From Bacteroidales bacterium (GTDB taxonomy: Bacteria; Bacteroidota; Bacteroidia; Bacteroidales; UBA1715), in assembly GCA_036752345.1 (NCBI GenBank), contig DAIOSV010000001.1, forward strand, positions 44,884 to 108,883: a DNA stretch of 64,000 nucleotides. The letters run 5' to 3'. The first letter of the stretch is position 1, and every line of letters starts with the position of its first letter. The notes under the pieces were generated by a model. That model saw only the letters and a list, made by a program, of their open reading frames with translations, made no database searches and was not told the origin of the DNA. This document shows, piece after piece, positions 61,806 through 64,000 of this stretch. The translations under genes and the position numbers were made by a program.

Positions 61806-63155
61806 ATGCATTTCGAATTAACAAAAGATTTTATCATCTACTTGAAATCCCTTATTGAAATTCAGGATGTTGAGAAAATTTTAGATTGTTTTTCCGATGC
61901 ACACCCAGCCGATATAGCCGATATTCTTGAGCAATTAACAAACGAAGAGGCTAATTACGTTTTTATACAATTTCCTCCAAGTCTCGAAGCCAACATTCTT
62001 GTAGAGTTGGAAGACGAACAGCTCGACCACTTTTTGCAGGTTATTCCTGCCGAAATTATTGCCACCGATTTAATTGAAAAAATGGATTCCGACGATGCTG
62101 CAGATATTTTGCAGATGCTTCCGGAGCGCATTAAAACTGAGGTTCTTGCCAAAATGTCCGATAAAGAGCAGGCGAGCGATATTGCCGATTTGTTGGATTA
62201 TGATGAGAATACCGCCGGTGGTTTGATGGCAACGGAGTTGGTGCGCGTCAATAAAAATTGGAATGTTCAGAAATGTATTGTTGAAATACGCAAACAAGCC
62301 GAAGAAGTTGACAATCTCATGAATGTCTATGTGGTTGACGATAATGATGTGTTTGTTGGTCTTTTGCCTATTGCCCGCCTGGTATTGGTAGGCGAGGGGG
62401 CGTTGGTAAGCGATTTATATGACCATGATGCACTTTCCGTACCTACCAATATGCCATCAGAGGAAGTTGCCGGTATAATGGAAAAATATGACTTATTTGT
62501 TATCCCTGTAGTTGATTCTCTGAATCGGTTGAAAGGTCGCATTACTATTGACGACGTGGTCGATGTCATTAAAGAAGAAGCCGAGCGAGATTTTCAAATG
62601 CAAGCCGGTTTGACGCAAGATGTTGATGAAAGTGATAGTTTTGCTCGCCATACATTTGCCCGTTTGCCATGGTTGTTTATTGGATTATTGGGCGGAATAT
62701 TAAGTTCTCGTGTCATTGGCGTGTTCCAAGGTGATATAGCAAAAAATACCAGTCTTACACTTTTTTTGCCATTGCTTGCAGCTATGGGCGGAAATGTTGG
62801 AGTACAGTCGTCGTCAATTATTGTACAAAGCATTGCGAGTGGAACACTTATGCTTACATCCGTTGGGAAAAGAATACTTCGTGAGTTGGCAGGTGGTCTC
62901 CTTATTGGCATCATATGCTCAACCGTACTTTTTGTCTATAATTGGTTGTTTTGCAATGATTTGCATCTAACGTTTGTTGTGAGTTTGTCACTCATCATTA
63001 TTATCGTTTTTGCATCGTTGTTTGGAACATTTGTTCCTGTTGTGTTGGAAAAATTCAAAATAGATCCGGCTATAGCAACCGGCCCGTTTGTCACCACAAC
63101 AAACGATATTGTTTGTTGTTTACTGTATTTTTCTATTGCACGAATTCTAATTTAG
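61806..63155 (+). CDS. mgtE: Magnesium transporter MgtE
   Basis: ATG at 61806 is preferred over the track's TTG at 61800. The N-domain and tandem CBS domains are followed by 5 TM helices with the GGNVGVQSSS and ATGPFVTTTNDI blocks. Confidence 0.92.
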   Translation: MHFELTKDFIIYLKSLIEIQDVEKILDCFSDAHPADIADILEQLTNEEANYVFIQFPPSLEANILVELEDEQLDHFLQVIPAEIIATDLIEKMDSDDAADILQMLPERIKTEVLAKMSDKEQASDIADLLDYDENTAGGLMATELVRVNKNWNVQKCIVEIRKQAEEVDNLMNVYVVDDNDVFVGLLPIARLVLVGEGALVSDLYDHDALSVPTNMPSEEVAGIMEKYDLFVIPVVDSLNRLKGRITIDDVVDVIKEEAERDFQMQAGLTQDVDESDSFARHTFARLPWLFIGLLGGILSSRVIGVFQGDIAKNTSLTLFLPLLAAMGGNVGVQSSSIIVQSIASGTLMLTSVGKRILRELAGGLLIGIICSTVLFVYNWLFCNDLHLTFVVSLSLIIIIVFASLFGTFVPVVLEKFKIDPAIATGPFVTTTNDIVCCLLYFSIARILI

Positions 63156-63284
63156 AACAGGTAAAAATATGAATATACAAAATCAACGTTTACTGCAGAT
63201 AAATATCGTTATGCATCGTTTCAAAATTTCATTGAATTATTGCAGTTCTTATTAAAATTGTATCTTTGTAAAAAAGCATTGAAT

Positions 63285-63791
63285 ATGAAATATTTACGTT
63301 TTTTTATCATAATTGTAGTGTCTTTTTTAAGTGTTTCGTGCACACAAGGAAAGTCGTTGCATAAGCAAACGCAAGCTCATATTCAGTTCAAAGAAGGTTC
63401 TCACGATTTTGGAACTATCATTTTTGGAGAACCTGCAAAATTTGATTTCGAATTTAAAAATATAGGATTCGATACGTTAATTATAGAAGAAGTACAGAGT
63501 ACTTGTGGATGCACAATTCCTAAATGGTCGAGTGATCCCGTTTTACCTGGAGAAAGTGGTATGATAGAGGTTTCATATGATACAAGACGAAGTGGCTATT
63601 TTGAAAAAGGAATAACGGTATTCTCAAATGCCGATAATTATGCTTTGTTGCTTGTAATACGTGGCTACGTCACATCAAATCCGCACAAAGAGATTTTGGG
63701 AGGTTTTAAAACAAAACAACAGTCGCTTAATAAAACTGATGTTTCGGATGAGAGCCAAGAAGAAGTTGAAAATTCATTAAAAGAAGAATAA
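63285..63791 (+). CDS. DUF1573 family lipoprotein
   Basis: Start moved to MKYLRFFIIIVVSFLSVSC. F.FKNIG.D.L.I..VQSTCGCT.PKWS..P..PGESG.I.V.YD is the DUF1573 signature. Acidic C-terminal tail. Confidence 0.8.
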   Translation: MKYLRFFIIIVVSFLSVSCTQGKSLHKQTQAHIQFKEGSHDFGTIIFGEPAKFDFEFKNIGFDTLIIEEVQSTCGCTIPKWSSDPVLPGESGMIEVSYDTRRSGYFEKGITVFSNADNYALLLVIRGYVTSNPHKEILGGFKTKQQSLNKTDVSDESQEEVENSLKEE

Positions 63792-63792
63792 T

Positions 63793-64000
63793 ATGCCGAG
63801 AGTTTCAGATAGAGGTTTATTGATGCCAGCCTCACCTATCCGACGATTAGTTCCGTATGCCGACGAAGCAAAGCGTCGAGGAGTAGAGGTTTTGCACCTC
63901 AATATTGGTCAGCCTGATTTACCTACGCCAGATTTGGCAGAAAAAGCTATGCATAGCTATACGGGGAAATATATTCCGTATTCACATTCTGCCGGAAATT
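63793..64000 (+). CDS. Class I/II aminotransferase (aspartate aminotransferase-like), N-terminal fragment running off the window
   Basis: MPRVSDRGLLMPASPIRRLVPYADEAKRRGVEVLHLNIGQPDLPTP... is the typical N-terminus of AspC-like PLP aminotransferases. ATG 2 nt after the preceding stop. Confidence 0.75.
   Translation, partial: MPRVSDRGLLMPASPIRRLVPYADEAKRRGVEVLHLNIGQPDLPTPDLAEKAMHSYTGKYIPYSHSAGN

Noticed and set aside
1-64000. Looked for CRISPR arrays, rRNA genes, transposases, integrases, phage or toxin-antitoxin/defence modules
   Set aside because: I saw no regularly spaced direct repeats, no rRNA-like conserved stretches and no ORF with recombinase, transposase or nuclease-defence motifs. 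The window reads as housekeeping chromosome.

Overview
This 64-kb stretch reads as core chromosome of an AT-rich, probably anaerobic member of the Bacteroidota. The evidence is the giant T9SS translocon gene sprA next to ruvA, many lipobox lipoproteins, TAnnTTTG -7 promoter boxes with little or no Shine-Dalgarno, KorAB 2-oxoacid:ferredoxin oxidoreductase, and a biotin-dependent carboxyltransferase module. I call 58 protein-coding regions. Two are cut by the window ends, and two are under 60 aa and absent from the ORF track. I also call one tRNA-Arg(ACG), about a dozen intrinsic-terminator hairpins, a few promoter boxes, one candidate operator and one cluster of GC-rich palindromic (REP/MITE-like) repeats. 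I see no rRNA, CRISPR array, transposase, integrase, phage gene or recognisable defence gene, so this is not an obvious accessory island. Genes are very tightly packed, with many TAATG/ATGA stop-start overlaps. Several track ORFs are over-extended at the 5' end across terminators or promoters, and I corrected those starts. The items most worth a second look are: (1) a five-gene HdrA/B/C-like operon ending in a membrane-anchor plus HdrD-type fusion protein (32.3-37.3 kb), preceded by an array of ACGT-core inverted repeats; (2) an SGNH-SGNH-MBOAT O-acylation cluster (51.0-55.6 kb) followed by a dense palindrome/REP cluster and tRNA-Arg; (3) a 749-aa EF-hand membrane protein apparently co-transcribed with a di-haem cytochrome c peroxidase; (4) a small lipoprotein made almost entirely of a T9SS type-B-CTD-like sequence close to the sprA operon; (5) a biotin-carrier protein with a second, degenerate biotinyl domain in a module lacking a pump or carboxylase subunit. 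All functional calls rest on motifs read by eye and on memory of protein families. No database search, HMM or folding program was run.
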